A stretch of DNA of 64,000 nucleotides from Pseudomonadales bacterium (GTDB lineage: Bacteria; Pseudomonadota; Gammaproteobacteria; Pseudomonadales; Azotimanducaceae): positions 2,044,480 to 2,108,479 of the forward strand of contig OY829369.1 in assembly GCA_963691775.1 (NCBI GenBank), read 5' to 3'. The notes under the pieces were generated by a model. It had not been told where the DNA came from and did no database searches. It was given only the letters and a program-made list of their open reading frames with translations. The position numbers were made by a program, and so were the translations under genes. Numbering within the stretch: the stretch's first letter is position 1; each line of letters starts with the position of its first letter. Below are positions 37,009 through 46,656 of the stretch, one piece after another.

Positions 37009-38058
37009 ATGAGCGAACTCGCCGATCGCATCCGCCGGGCTTGGCAGGGGCGCATCTCCGGCTGCCAGCTCGGCAAGCCGGTGGAACTGCTGTCCATGCG
37101 CGGAGGCTACGACGCGCTGGCGACCTATCTGGCCGAAGTCGGCGCAGAGGCGCCGCGCGACTACATCGGACACGCAGAACACGCACTCGTGAAACCCGAG
37201 TGGTGCGCAGGTGCGTTCACGCGCAGCGAACCCGATGACGACGTGAACTACAGCGTGCTCGCACTGATGATGCTGGAGGCGCATGGCGCTGATCTGCGCA
37301 CGGTCGACGTTGCGCGCCACTGGCTGCGCCGATTGCCGGCAGGGAGCACCTACACCGCAGAGCGCGCCGCCTATCGCATCCTGATGGAGCGCGGCGCGGA
37401 GTGGTTTCCGGAAGGCGCAGACCCGGGCTTCGATCTCGCCGAGTGCGCGGACAATCCCTACAGCGACTGGATTGGGGCGCAGATCCGAGCCGACCTCTAT
37501 GGCTGGGTCTGCCCAGGCGACGTGGCACGCGCAGCGGCGCTCGCCCGCGAAGACGCGCAGCTCTCGCACGTCGGCGACGGCATTCATGGCGCCGTGTTCG
37601 TCGCCGCTCTGGGGGCCGCCCTCGCCGACCGCCCGCTGGATGCAGCCTTCAGCGCTGCGCTGGCGGAGCTCCCCGCCGATTCCGACGCTCATGCGGCCGC
37701 ACGCTACGGCATCGACCTCGCCGGGCAAGGTGACGGTGGCGCGCGCATCCGCGCGCGCTACGAGGATCTTTCGCCTGTGGCCACGATCAACAATCTCGCG
37801 CTCGTTACCTGGGCACTCGCGTCACACGCCGACGACTACAGCGCGGCAATCGGCGACGTTGTCGCGGCGGGCCTCGATACAGACTGCAACGGCGCGACGG
37901 TCGGCGCGCTCTGGGCCCTTCAGGGCGCAGACATACCGGGGCACTGGACCGGGCCGTGGAATGGCCGCGTGGGCGTGAGCCTCGCCGGGATCGCCGAGCT
38001 CTCGCTCGACGACCTCGTCGATCGCACGGTGCGCGTGACGGAGGCCATGCGCGCCTGA
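37009..38058 (+). CDS. ADP-ribosylglycohydrolase (ARH/DraG) family protein
   Basis: 349 aa. SEPDDDVNYSVLAL and AAGLDTDCNGATVGALWAL metal-site motifs of the ARH fold. Starts 17 nt after the acyl-CoA dehydrogenase stop. Confidence 0.8.
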   Translation: MSELADRIRRAWQGRISGCQLGKPVELLSMRGGYDALATYLAEVGAEAPRDYIGHAEHALVKPEWCAGAFTRSEPDDDVNYSVLALMMLEAHGADLRTVDVARHWLRRLPAGSTYTAERAAYRILMERGAEWFPEGADPGFDLAECADNPYSDWIGAQIRADLYGWVCPGDVARAAALAREDAQLSHVGDGIHGAVFVAALGAALADRPLDAAFSAALAELPADSDAHAAARYGIDLAGQGDGGARIRARYEDLSPVATINNLALVTWALASHADDYSAAIGDVVAAGLDTDCNGATVGALWALQGADIPGHWTGPWNGRVGVSLAGIAELSLDDLVDRTVRVTEAMRA

Positions 38059-38062
38059 ATCC

Positions 38063-38722
38063 TCAGGCAAGCGAAGCCGCTATCGTGTCCGCGTATTCCT
38101 GGCGCACGCCCATCTTGTTGTGCGCGTAGGGAGCGGCCGGCAGGTCCCCAAGGCGACTCGCTTCGGCCAGGGCGCGATCGAGCACCGCGTCCTCATCAAC
38201 CAGCTCATCGAGAAAGCCCGCGGCGAGGGCGCCTTCCGGGTCGTAGATGTGCGCCTGCGTGACGGCGAGGGTGAGATGGCGCGGTGACAGGCGCGCTTTC
38301 GCGAGTTCGAGTCCGAACACGGGCAGGCTCATGCCGATCGCCGTTTCATTCAGGCCGAGCTTGAAAGACCCCGCCGCACCGATGCGCGTGTCGCTCGACA
38401 GCAGCATGAATGCCCCGGCCGCAATCGCGTGCCCCGTGCAGGCGGCCACCACAGGCTGAGGGTGGGTGAACAGCGCATGCATCATCCTTGCGCCGCGACC
38501 CACCAGCGCCGCCGACGCCTCGGCACCCTTGCCGAGCTCCTGCAGATCGAAGCCGGCGGAAAACAGCCCCGCGCGGCCCGCCAGCACGACGGCCTTGCCG
38601 TCCGCCTTAGAAGCAGCGAGCGCTTCTTCGACAACATCGATGAGCCCGTGACCGACCGCATTGGCCTTGCCCTCGTCGAATTGAACGAGCGCGACGCCGT
38701 CGCGCATCTCGAAACCGTGCAT
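38063..38722 (-). CDS. enoyl-CoA hydratase/isomerase (crotonase) family protein
   Basis: Start re-placed to MHGFEMRDGVALVQFDEGKANA (ATG 38722, AAGGAG 6 nt upstream). LFSAGFDL motif; 219 aa. Confidence 0.85.
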   Translation of the reverse strand: MHGFEMRDGVALVQFDEGKANAVGHGLIDVVEEALAASKADGKAVVLAGRAGLFSAGFDLQELGKGAEASAALVGRGARMMHALFTHPQPVVAACTGHAIAAGAFMLLSSDTRIGAAGSFKLGLNETAIGMSLPVFGLELAKARLSPRHLTLAVTQAHIYDPEGALAAGFLDELVDEDAVLDRALAEASRLGDLPAAPYAHNKMGVRQEYADTIAASLA

Positions 38723-38927
38723 GGCGAACTCCTTCCCGATCGAAAGCGCCATCGTACCGCTTCAGTCCATCTGTGCGATCAGGCAAACGAAGGCCGGCAC
38801 GGGCGTGTCACGCCCACCTCCGGAAGCGCCCGCGCGCGGAACACAGACAGCGCCCCGCGCGAATGGCACGATCGGGATCAGGGACACATCGCCATCGATC
38901 ACCGATGGCCCGCATCGGGAGAGCACC

Positions 38928-39536
38928 ATGCTCAAGCTGCATCACGCGCCAAACAGCCGCGCCGGACGCATCGTCTGGCTGCTGGAGGAACTGGGACTGC
39001 CCTACGAGCTCAATCGGATGGACTTCCACCCCTCCGCGCTCAAGTCCGACGACCATCGCGCTCGTCACCCGCTTGGCCGGGTGCCCGTGCTCGAGGACGG
39101 CGACATCATGATCTACGAGTCGGGCGCGATCTGTGACTACGTCGTCGAGCGCCATGCGCCCGGGCGCTTGAAGCCCGCCGTCGACTCGCCGGACTTCCCG
39201 GCCTTTCTGCAGTGGTTCCACTACTGCGAAGGCATGGTGATGCCGCCCGTGAACACGATCGTCGTGCAGACCATCCTGCTGCCGGAAGACCGCCGCGACG
39301 CAACCGTTCTCGGCCAGGCCCAGCGCCTGCTCACGAAGGCCTGGGCACCGGTGGACGAAGCCCTCGCGGATCGCGAGTACGTTGCCCGCGACTTCTCGAT
39401 CGCCGACGTGATGCTTGGCCACGCCGCCACCATGTCGAATCGCCTCGGCTGCGTACCAGACGAGATGGTCAATCTGAAGGCCTACGTCGAACGCATTGGT
39501 GCGCGACCAGCGTTCCAGACCGGGTTCAACGCCTGA
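38928..39536 (+). CDS. glutathione S-transferase family protein
   Basis: Start re-placed to MLKLHHAPNSRAGRIVWLLEELGLPYEL (ATG 38928). HPLGRVPVLEDGDIMIYESGAI G-site motif; 202 aa. Confidence 0.88.
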   Translation: MLKLHHAPNSRAGRIVWLLEELGLPYELNRMDFHPSALKSDDHRARHPLGRVPVLEDGDIMIYESGAICDYVVERHAPGRLKPAVDSPDFPAFLQWFHYCEGMVMPPVNTIVVQTILLPEDRRDATVLGQAQRLLTKAWAPVDEALADREYVARDFSIADVMLGHAATMSNRLGCVPDEMVNLKAYVERIGARPAFQTGFNA

Positions 39537-39543
39537 CGTCCGC

Positions 39544-39570
39544 ATCCCCGCGGCGTCCTGCCGCGGGGAT
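39544..39570. terminator. perfect hairpin between convergent genes (putative bidirectional terminator)
   Basis: atccccgcgg (39544-39553), loop cgtcctg, ccgcggggat (39561-39570). Starts 8 nt after the GST stop. Confidence 0.6.
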
Positions 39571-39597
39571 ACGCCGCCGAGTGCGCGGCGGCGGCGC

Positions 39598-41118
39598 TCA
39601 GCCCACCTTCACCGTCTGCCGAAGCTGATACTTGAGGACCTTGCCGGTCGCATTCCGCGGCAGGGCGTCCACGAACACCACGTGCGCCGGCTGCTTGAAG
39701 CGCGCGAGCCGATCGCGGCCATAGGCGAGCACGGTCTGGGCCTCGAGCGACTGGCCTTCCTTCACGGCCACGACCGCACAGCCCACCTCGCCCCAGCGCT
39801 CATCGGGCACACCGATGACGGCAACCTCGGCAATGGTTTCGATCTCGTAGAGCAGGCTCTCGACCTCGGCGGGATAGACGTTCTCTCCGCCGGAGATGTA
39901 CATGTCCTTGAGGCGATCTTCGACGTAGTAGAAACCTTCCGCATCGCGGGAACCGATGTCGCCCGTCCGAAGCCAGCCGTCCACGAAGGTGTCGGCGTTC
40001 GCATCCTCCCGGCGCCAGTATCCGGGCGTGACGATCGGCCCCTTGCACCAGAGCTCACCGGACTCACCAACGTCACAGTCCGTTCCATCTTCGCGCACGA
40101 CTCGCATGGCCGTGTGGCGCAGGGGCTTGCCCGCGGAGCCGACGTGCGTGGCAACGTTCTCTTTCGGCAGAACGCAGCAGCTCGCCGTGTTTTCCGTCAT
40201 CCCGTAGCCCTCCTGGATGACGACGCCCCGCTCGAGCCACCATTTGACGAGCGGGACCGGCACCGCCTCCGCGCCGGCGAGGACCACCTGCAGGCCGGAA
40301 AAGTCCGTCCCCGGATTCTTCGGGTGATCGCGAAGTGCGTTGAAGATCGCCGGTACGCCCAGGAAATGCGTGACGCCAAGCGCCGGGTCGGCCAAGGCGT
40401 CCAGGGTCGCGCCGGGGTCAAAGGTGCGCATGACGATGGCGGTACCGCCGTTGTACAGCGCCGGGCAGGTGAACACCTGCAGGCCACCGATATGAAACAG
40501 CGGCATGACCGCCAGGCTCACCATGTCCTCGCTACAGTGCATGGACGCGCCGGCGTTGGCGTTGGCCCACACCATCATCCCGTGCGTGATCATCACGCCT
40601 TTCGGCCGACCTGTCGTTCCTGAGGAATACATCAGCAAACAGAGGTCATCCGGTTCGAGGTCGACCTGTTCTCTCACCGGCTCACGCCCGACGAGCGCCG
40701 ACTCGAAAGCGCTCTCGCCGCCCTCACCGCCGGTATCGAGAACGTGCTCGATCTCGACGGTCAGCGCCTCGACGGTTGCGGTCAGCATCGAGTCGTATAC
40801 CAGCACCTTCGGCTCGGCGTTGCCGATGATGTAGTCGAGCTCTTCCGCAGTGAGGCGGAAGTTCAGCGCGAGATGCACGGCCCCGATGCGCCAGGTGGCG
40901 AAGATGAGATCGAGCGTGTCCTGGGAGTTGAGAGCAAGAACCCCAACGCGATCGCCGCGCTCGACGCCGAGCGAGCGGAGCCAGGCGGCCGCGCGGCCGA
41001 CGCGCTCGTGCATCTCCGCATAGGACTGCCGGCGGCCGCTTGGTAATTCGATGCTCGCGGTCTTGTTCGGGTAGCGATACGCGCCGTAGCCGACCCAGTC
41101 GAAGATCTTTCCTGCCAT
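39598..41118 (-). CDS. AMP-dependent acyl-CoA synthetase/ligase
   Basis: Start re-placed to MAGKIFDWVGYGAYRYPNKTAS (ATG 41118, GGAGGAG RBS); 506 aa. MYSSGTTGRPKGV, GWLRTGDIG and GKVLK motifs. Confidence 0.9.
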   Translation of the reverse strand: MAGKIFDWVGYGAYRYPNKTASIELPSGRRQSYAEMHERVGRAAAWLRSLGVERGDRVGVLALNSQDTLDLIFATWRIGAVHLALNFRLTAEELDYIIGNAEPKVLVYDSMLTATVEALTVEIEHVLDTGGEGGESAFESALVGREPVREQVDLEPDDLCLLMYSSGTTGRPKGVMITHGMMVWANANAGASMHCSEDMVSLAVMPLFHIGGLQVFTCPALYNGGTAIVMRTFDPGATLDALADPALGVTHFLGVPAIFNALRDHPKNPGTDFSGLQVVLAGAEAVPVPLVKWWLERGVVIQEGYGMTENTASCCVLPKENVATHVGSAGKPLRHTAMRVVREDGTDCDVGESGELWCKGPIVTPGYWRREDANADTFVDGWLRTGDIGSRDAEGFYYVEDRLKDMYISGGENVYPAEVESLLYEIETIAEVAVIGVPDERWGEVGCAVVAVKEGQSLEAQTVLAYGRDRLARFKQPAHVVFVDALPRNATGKVLKYQLRQTVKVG

Positions 41119-41245
41119 CTGCAGCTCCTCCCCTGCATCGCCCCTCGCGACGCGTAAACAGTCGGCGCTGGCGCGCCATCCATTGCTCTCCTCGCCACCC
41201 GGCCAGCGTGCTGGGCTGCCGTCGCACGGAGGTTCCAGTGTCCGA

Positions 41246-41259
41246 TGCCCGATCGGGCA
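41246..41259. promoter_or_regulatory. perfect 14-bp palindrome TGCCCGATCGGGCA (candidate operator)
   Basis: Read directly. Lies about 130 nt upstream of the acyl-CoA ligase start in a 312-bp gap. Having no loop, it looks more like an operator than a terminator. Confidence 0.3.
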
Positions 41260-41430
41260 CGATGTGCCGCCAGGCGACACGCGCCCACCTCATCGGAAGT
41301 ATCTTCGATACGCGAGCGCAGCGCGCACGTCCATACGCTTCGCACCTGAAAGCGCCAAACGAGCGGGCACTCCCACCGAGCCGTGCTGAAACCGGCGAAG
41401 CCGCAAGCCGCTGCGCGCGATACGTCGGGC

Positions 41431-42642
41431 CTATGCCGGCGCCTGCTCGTTCGCTAGGGCCGACCTACGACGCGCTCGGCGCCGGATCGGCGTGAGCACG
41501 AGCCGACGCCAGGCGAGCGCAAGCCCGGTCCAGGCGAGCACGGCGGCGCCAAGAGATGCGAGGCCCGCGATCGTCTGACCGACGACGCCGTAGACTTCCC
41601 CGGTATGGAGGAAGCGGTTGAAGAACCGCGCCCATCGATAGGGGTCGTCTGCAAAGCGCGGAGCTTCCCCGAGCACAGCACCCGTGCGCCGATCGAGACG
41701 GAGTACCGACTGGCGCTGCACCTGAGCGCCGTTGCCGCGATCGACGATGACCTCAAGCACCTCGGCACCCGCATGCGGCAAGGTAAAGGTCAGGCGTTCG
41801 AACGCGCCGGCCGCAGCCCGCGCATCGGCCACCAGTGCATCGATGTGACGTGCATCTGCAACCGGCAGCGTTTCGCCCTCTACCACCTTTGCCTCGGAGG
41901 CCTCGCCCACAGCACCCGCACCGGACAGGGCGCGCAGCGCGTCCTTTGCCCATTCGTAATGAAACACGGTCGCTGACGCCGCGATCGCGATGAGCGGAAC
42001 GAGACACCAGAACCCGATGACGTGATGGAAGTTGTAATCCCGCGCCTTCGCCGTCGGCGGCCGGCGCGCGAACAGCATCTGCGAGCGCAGCACGGCCGCC
42101 GACCAGATTCGCGGTAGCCAGATGAAGAGCCCGGATGCGAGCAGGAACAAGAACGCAAGATTCGCAAGGCCCGTCACGTCACGGCCTGCATCGCGCGCGT
42201 CCCCCTCAAGCGCAAACCAGCGGTGGATGCGCATGACGAATGTGAAGAACGCGTCGACTTCGGGCGCAGGGGCGGGCACCACCGAACCAGTTACCGCGTC
42301 GAGACTGACGCGCTCACGGCGACCAGCGGCAAATGTGATCGGTGCGCGCGGATCGGCGCGAATCGCCAGTTCCTTTGGCTCGAAGTGCTCAGCGCGTACC
42401 TGATCGAGCAGGCTGCGCAGGGGCAGGCGAGGCGCCTCGGCACCGTGGTCTACCCACGATGACCGCTCGAATCCCGCCATGATCTGCCGCTCATACGTGA
42501 GCAGCGCACCGGTAACGGCCAGCATCAGCAGCACCAGACCGGCGATGCACCCCGCAGCGAGATGCAACCAGAAGAAAGCGGTGCGGGCGCGCAGGGAACG
42601 ACCGCGGCGTCGGGGGGCGGGCGCCGATGCGGCAGCCGTCAT
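41431..42642 (-). CDS. PepSY-associated TM-helix (PiuB-like) membrane protein
   Basis: 403 aa. N-terminal RARTAFFWLHLAAGCIAGLVLLMLAVTGALLTYE, then FHHVIGFWCLVPL and FLHTGEVYG segments typical of PepSY_TM proteins. Confidence 0.8.
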   Translation of the reverse strand: MTAAASAPAPRRRGRSLRARTAFFWLHLAAGCIAGLVLLMLAVTGALLTYERQIMAGFERSSWVDHGAEAPRLPLRSLLDQVRAEHFEPKELAIRADPRAPITFAAGRRERVSLDAVTGSVVPAPAPEVDAFFTFVMRIHRWFALEGDARDAGRDVTGLANLAFLFLLASGLFIWLPRIWSAAVLRSQMLFARRPPTAKARDYNFHHVIGFWCLVPLIAIAASATVFHYEWAKDALRALSGAGAVGEASEAKVVEGETLPVADARHIDALVADARAAAGAFERLTFTLPHAGAEVLEVIVDRGNGAQVQRQSVLRLDRRTGAVLGEAPRFADDPYRWARFFNRFLHTGEVYGVVGQTIAGLASLGAAVLAWTGLALAWRRLVLTPIRRRARRRSALANEQAPA

Positions 42643-42711
42643 GAAGGTTCCAAGGGCAGTCGATGCGAATTCTTCTCATTTTCAGCGACGCTCGCCGCGC
42701 GGTCAACGCGA

Positions 42712-43317
42712 TTAGCCCGCCACGACCATGGGCACGCTCGATGCGAGTAGCAGCCCCGCCATACCCCAGTCGAAGGCCCGCCGGCGGCGGGGGCCGCGCA
42801 ACACGCCTCGCACTTCCCGACCCAGCATCGCCCACAGCCCGGTAGAAGGCAGGTTCACCGCGCCGAACACCGCGGCCACTGCAGCGACGGCGAGCAGGTC
42901 GCTGGCCGGCGCGTAGACCGCCACGGCGGTCAGCGCCATCGCCCAGGCCTTCGGATTGATCCATTGGAAGGCCGCAGCCTGAAGAAAGGTCAGCGGCGCA
43001 GTTTCCGGCGACGCTTCACCGTCAATCGCGGCTGACGGGGTCGCAACCATTTTCCAGGCGAAGCCTAGGAGCGCGATCAGGCAGGCAAGACGCACCGCTT
43101 CAGCGAGCAACGGCACACGCTGCAGGAGTTCCGACACACCCATTCCCACCAGCATCAGCATGAACGCGAAACCGAGCGCGACACCGAGCAGATGCGGCAA
43201 GGTCCGACGCAAGCCGAAGCGCGCGCCGGAGCTCATGAGCATGAGATTGTTCGGGCCGGGCGTGATTGACGTCGCCAGGGCAAAGGTGGCGAGCGCGAGG
43301 GCCGACTCAGCATTCAT
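42712..43317 (-). CDS. LysE/RhtB-family amino-acid exporter
   Basis: Start re-placed to MNAESALALATFALATSITPGPNNLML, the family N-terminal motif; 201 aa. Divergent from an Lrp-type regulator. Confidence 0.88.
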   Translation of the reverse strand: MNAESALALATFALATSITPGPNNLMLMSSGARFGLRRTLPHLLGVALGFAFMLMLVGMGVSELLQRVPLLAEAVRLACLIALLGFAWKMVATPSAAIDGEASPETAPLTFLQAAAFQWINPKAWAMALTAVAVYAPASDLLAVAAVAAVFGAVNLPSTGLWAMLGREVRGVLRGPRRRRAFDWGMAGLLLASSVPMVVAG

Positions 43318-43425
43318 GGGGCGCTTCCGCATGCATCCGGGGAGGCGCAATCTTAGGGCCGTAGCCGTGGCGGACGATTGCAAATTACGCGACTATTCGC
43401 CGCTCGCGCGCAATTAATCATCTCT

Positions 43426-43869
43426 ATGGACAGATTCACCGATCGAATATTGCGGATTCTGGGGTCAGAGGGCCGGATCAGCAACGTCGAGCTCGCCGAT
43501 CGCATCGGGCTCTCGCCCTCTGCATGCCTGCGCCGGGTACAGGAGCTGGAACGGCAGGGCGTAATCAAGGGCTACCGCGCCGTCGTCGATCGCGAGCGCC
43601 TCGGGATCGGCTTCCAGGCCTATGTGACCATCGGCCTGAACGAACACAGCCAGACGGCTCAGCTCGCTTTCGAGGCTGCGATCACGGCGGCACCAGAGGT
43701 CCGTGAATGCCATAACGTGACCGGCGGCGTGGAGTATTTGCTGCGCGTGGAAACGCCTGATCTCGCGGCCTACAAGGCGCTGCACACGGACGTGATCGGC
43801 ACCGCACCGCACGTCGCGGCCATCACCACCTATGTGGTTATGGAGTCTCCGAAGGACGAGCGCGCCTGA
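43426..43869 (+). CDS. Lrp/AsnC-family transcriptional regulator
   Basis: Start re-placed to MDRFTDRILRILGSEGRISNVELADRIGLSPSACLRRVQELERQGVIKGY; 147 aa. Confidence 0.9.
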   Translation: MDRFTDRILRILGSEGRISNVELADRIGLSPSACLRRVQELERQGVIKGYRAVVDRERLGIGFQAYVTIGLNEHSQTAQLAFEAAITAAPEVRECHNVTGGVEYLLRVETPDLAAYKALHTDVIGTAPHVAAITTYVVMESPKDERA

Positions 43870-44104
43870 GGGCAAGACGAAGCAGGGCTGCGACCGCGCC
43901 CATGGGCGCGAGGGACGCGGCAACCGGCAACAGCCAACTCCAGCCCGTCTCGAGCATCCGGTCCCAGCGCCAGCCATCCGGCGTCCGGAAGATCGCACCG
44001 GGATTCTCGGCGACTTCCCAGACGACAATGCCGCCAGAGAAGAAGATCGCGATCGCGAAGCCGAGCGCGGCACCGAACAGCACCGCCCGCATCCATGCAC
44101 CCAT
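43838..44104 (-). CDS. small membrane protein (88 aa), hypothetical
   Basis: GGAGGAG lies 10 nt upstream of the ATG, and the frame is GC3-rich. Two hydrophobic segments (AVLFGAALGFAIAIFFSGGIVVW and WSWLLPVAASLAPMGAVAALL). Overlaps the Lrp 3' end by 32 nt. Confidence 0.5.
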   Translation of the reverse strand: MGAWMRAVLFGAALGFAIAIFFSGGIVVWEVAENPGAIFRTPDGWRWDRMLETGWSWLLPVAASLAPMGAVAALLRLALRRARPSETP

Positions 44105-44513
44105 GAGCTTTCATCTCCTCCAGCAGCGGCGGTCCCTCGAAGCAGTCCGCTGAACGCAAGACCGTCCCGTCCAGGTACGGACGCTGGTGACATTCCCGTG
44201 CGGGTCACGACAGCAAGCGGCAGCGACAGCCGTTCGAAGCCGAGCGCGTATGCGACGAGCGCCAGATCGCGCACGACCGGCCGCTTCCGCGCGAATCCTA
44301 TACCTACGCTCGCACGGCGCTGCAGCACGCAAGAGGGGAATCTGACCAGAACGCAAGGTGATCGCGGCCCAACGGGAAACCGAGCGCCCGCGCGCCGACA
44401 GGGTGCGGGGCTAAGTCGAGGCCGATCAGAAGGTGCTTGCGCGGCGAGACCCGAAAGGCTGGACGGCTGCGACGGACCTGCCTAGGGTCGATCCCGGCCT
44501 CCAGGAGAACACC

Positions 44514-45164
44514 ATGTCGCAGACCCTTCGCGCCCTCTGGGCGGAGCATCGTTCAATCCTCTTTTTCGTGCTGCTCATGGTGGTGTTCCGCTCCAGCTGG
44601 GCGGACTGGAACGACGTTCCGAGCGGCTCCATGGAGCCCTCGATCCTCGTCGGGGACCGCATTCTGGTGGACAAGGCCGCCTACGACCTCCGCGTCCCCC
44701 TTTTCGGCCAGCGCCTGCTGACCTTCGCGGATCCGGTCCGGGGAGACGTGGTGGTGTTCGAATCGGCCGCGGCCGACAAGCGGCTCGTGAAGCGCGTGAT
44801 CGGCGTTCCGGGCGACGTAGTCGCCATGCGCGGCAACGCCCTCGTGCTGAACGGGGAGCCGCTCGCCTACCGCCTCGTCAGCCGCGCAGGCCACGGCGCC
44901 GTGTTCGAGGAAAGCCTGCCGGGCACGCCGCACGCAATCCGCCTCTCCGCTACGCCGTCACCGCGCGCCAGCTTCGACCCCGTCACCGTGCCCGCAGGCC
45001 ACTACCTCGTACTCGGCGACAACCGCGACAACAGCGCCGATTCGCGCGCATTCGGCTTCGTACCCCGCGAGGAGATCATCGGCCGCAGCGACCGCGTGGT
45101 GCTCTCCCTCGACTACGAGGCGTGGTTCACGCCGCGCTTCGAACGCTTCGGCGAGACGCTCTGA
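44514..45164 (+). CDS. lepB: signal peptidase I
   Basis: Start re-placed to MSQTLRALW (AGGAG RBS); 216 aa. Catalytic motifs SGSMEPS and KRVIGVPGD, plus GDNRDNSADSR. Confidence 0.9.
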   Translation: MSQTLRALWAEHRSILFFVLLMVVFRSSWADWNDVPSGSMEPSILVGDRILVDKAAYDLRVPLFGQRLLTFADPVRGDVVVFESAAADKRLVKRVIGVPGDVVAMRGNALVLNGEPLAYRLVSRAGHGAVFEESLPGTPHAIRLSATPSPRASFDPVTVPAGHYLVLGDNRDNSADSRAFGFVPREEIIGRSDRVVLSLDYEAWFTPRFERFGETL

Positions 45165-45167
45165 CGC

Positions 45168-46652
45168 ATGGGCGAGTCGGAGGGCGTCGGCGGGCCGGTC
45201 ACCTACAGGGAAGCCGACGCAGCCTATTTCGAGGCGCGCGGCCTGCGGCGCCACGCAGGCGTCGTCTCGCTCTGGGCGCTCGCGGTCGGCGCGGTCATCT
45301 CAGGCCACTTCTCAGGCTGGAATCTTGGCCTTTCGATTGCCGGCTGGGGCGGGATGTTCGTCGCCACCTGCATCATCGCGGTCATGTACCTCGGACTGAC
45401 CTTCTCCATCGCCGAGATGGCGCCGGCATTGCCCCACACCGGCGGCGCCTATTCCTTTGCGCGCACGGCGCTGGGTCCCTGGGGCGGCTTCCTCACCGGC
45501 CTTTCGGAGAACGTCGAATACGTTCTCGTACCGGGCGTGATCGTGTTCTTCATCGGCAGCTATCTGACCGGCATCTTCGGCACGGACCCTGCCCTGCAGC
45601 CGCTGTGGTGGATCGCGGGGTACGTGCTCTTCGTGGCCCTGAACGTGCTCGGCGTCGAACTCTCCTTTCGCGTCACCGTCACGGTCACCCTCTTTGCCCT
45701 AGCCTGCCTGACCGTGTTCTGGATCAGCGCCTTTCCGAGCTCGGACTTCGAGCGCTACGCGCTCGACATCGGTCCCGGCGGGGTCCATCTACCGGAGGGC
45801 GGTGGTCCGTTTCTGCCAAACGGGATCGCCAGCGTCTTCGCGGCGCTGCCGTTCGCAGTCTGGCTGTTCCTTGCCGTGGAGCAGGTGCCACTCGCTGCCG
45901 AGGAAAGTCACGATCCGCGACGCGACATGCCGCGCGGCATTGTCGCCGCGATGTTCACGCTCCTGCTGTCGGCATTTCTGGTGCTCTGGTTGAACCCTTC
46001 CGTGCCCGGCGTCGGATCTTTCGCGCTCAGCAGCTCGGGCGAGCCTCTGCTGGACGCGCTGCGCGCGCTGTACGGCGGCACCGCCGCCACGACCCTTGCG
46101 CTGGTCGCGGTCACCGGCCTGATCGCGTCCTTCCACACGATCATCTACGCCAAGGGGCGGCAGATCTATTCGCTGTCGCGCGCTGGCTACTTCCCGACGG
46201 CTTTGTCGCTCACACATGGCCGCCACAAGACGCCCCACGTTGCCATGATCAGCGGCTCGCTCCTCGCCCTGTGCGTGCTCTTCGTGCTCTGGTTCGGCCT
46301 CGGCGCCGAGGCGGGCGGCGTGGTGATCGGCGGGACGCTGCTCAACATGGCCGTCTTCGCGGCCATGTTTTCCTACATCATGCAGGCGCTGGCGTTCATT
46401 CAATTGCGCCGCAGGCTGCCCGACATCGAGCGTCCCTTCGTGAGTCCGCTGGGGATGGCAGGGCCGATCCTCACGATCATGATCGGCGCGCTGACGCTCT
46501 GCTTCCAGCTCACGGACCCCGTCTATCGTCAGGGCGTGCTCGGCGTCGCGGTCTGGTTCGCTGCCGGCGTGGCGTGGTTCGCAGTGGTCGGGCGCCATCG
46601 CCTGGTGCTGTCGCCGGAGGAGGCGTTCGCCCTCGACCACGACGCCGGCTGA
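45168..46652 (+). CDS. APC-superfamily amino-acid/ethanolamine permease
   Basis: 494 aa with about 12 hydrophobic helices. N-terminal LWALAVGAVISGHFSGWNLG resembles ethanolamine permease (Eat) as I remember it. Starts 3 nt after lepB. Confidence 0.82.
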   Translation: MGESEGVGGPVTYREADAAYFEARGLRRHAGVVSLWALAVGAVISGHFSGWNLGLSIAGWGGMFVATCIIAVMYLGLTFSIAEMAPALPHTGGAYSFARTALGPWGGFLTGLSENVEYVLVPGVIVFFIGSYLTGIFGTDPALQPLWWIAGYVLFVALNVLGVELSFRVTVTVTLFALACLTVFWISAFPSSDFERYALDIGPGGVHLPEGGGPFLPNGIASVFAALPFAVWLFLAVEQVPLAAEESHDPRRDMPRGIVAAMFTLLLSAFLVLWLNPSVPGVGSFALSSSGEPLLDALRALYGGTAATTLALVAVTGLIASFHTIIYAKGRQIYSLSRAGYFPTALSLTHGRHKTPHVAMISGSLLALCVLFVLWFGLGAEAGGVVIGGTLLNMAVFAAMFSYIMQALAFIQLRRRLPDIERPFVSPLGMAGPILTIMIGALTLCFQLTDPVYRQGVLGVAVWFAAGVAWFAVVGRHRLVLSPEEAFALDHDAG

Positions 46653-46656
46653 CCTG

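Noticed and set aside
43465-44328. A 287-aa minus-strand ORF covering the Lrp gene and the gap upstream of lepB.
   Set aside because: It is antisense to a clear Lrp/AsnC gene for most of its length. Only about 35 aa look protein-like.
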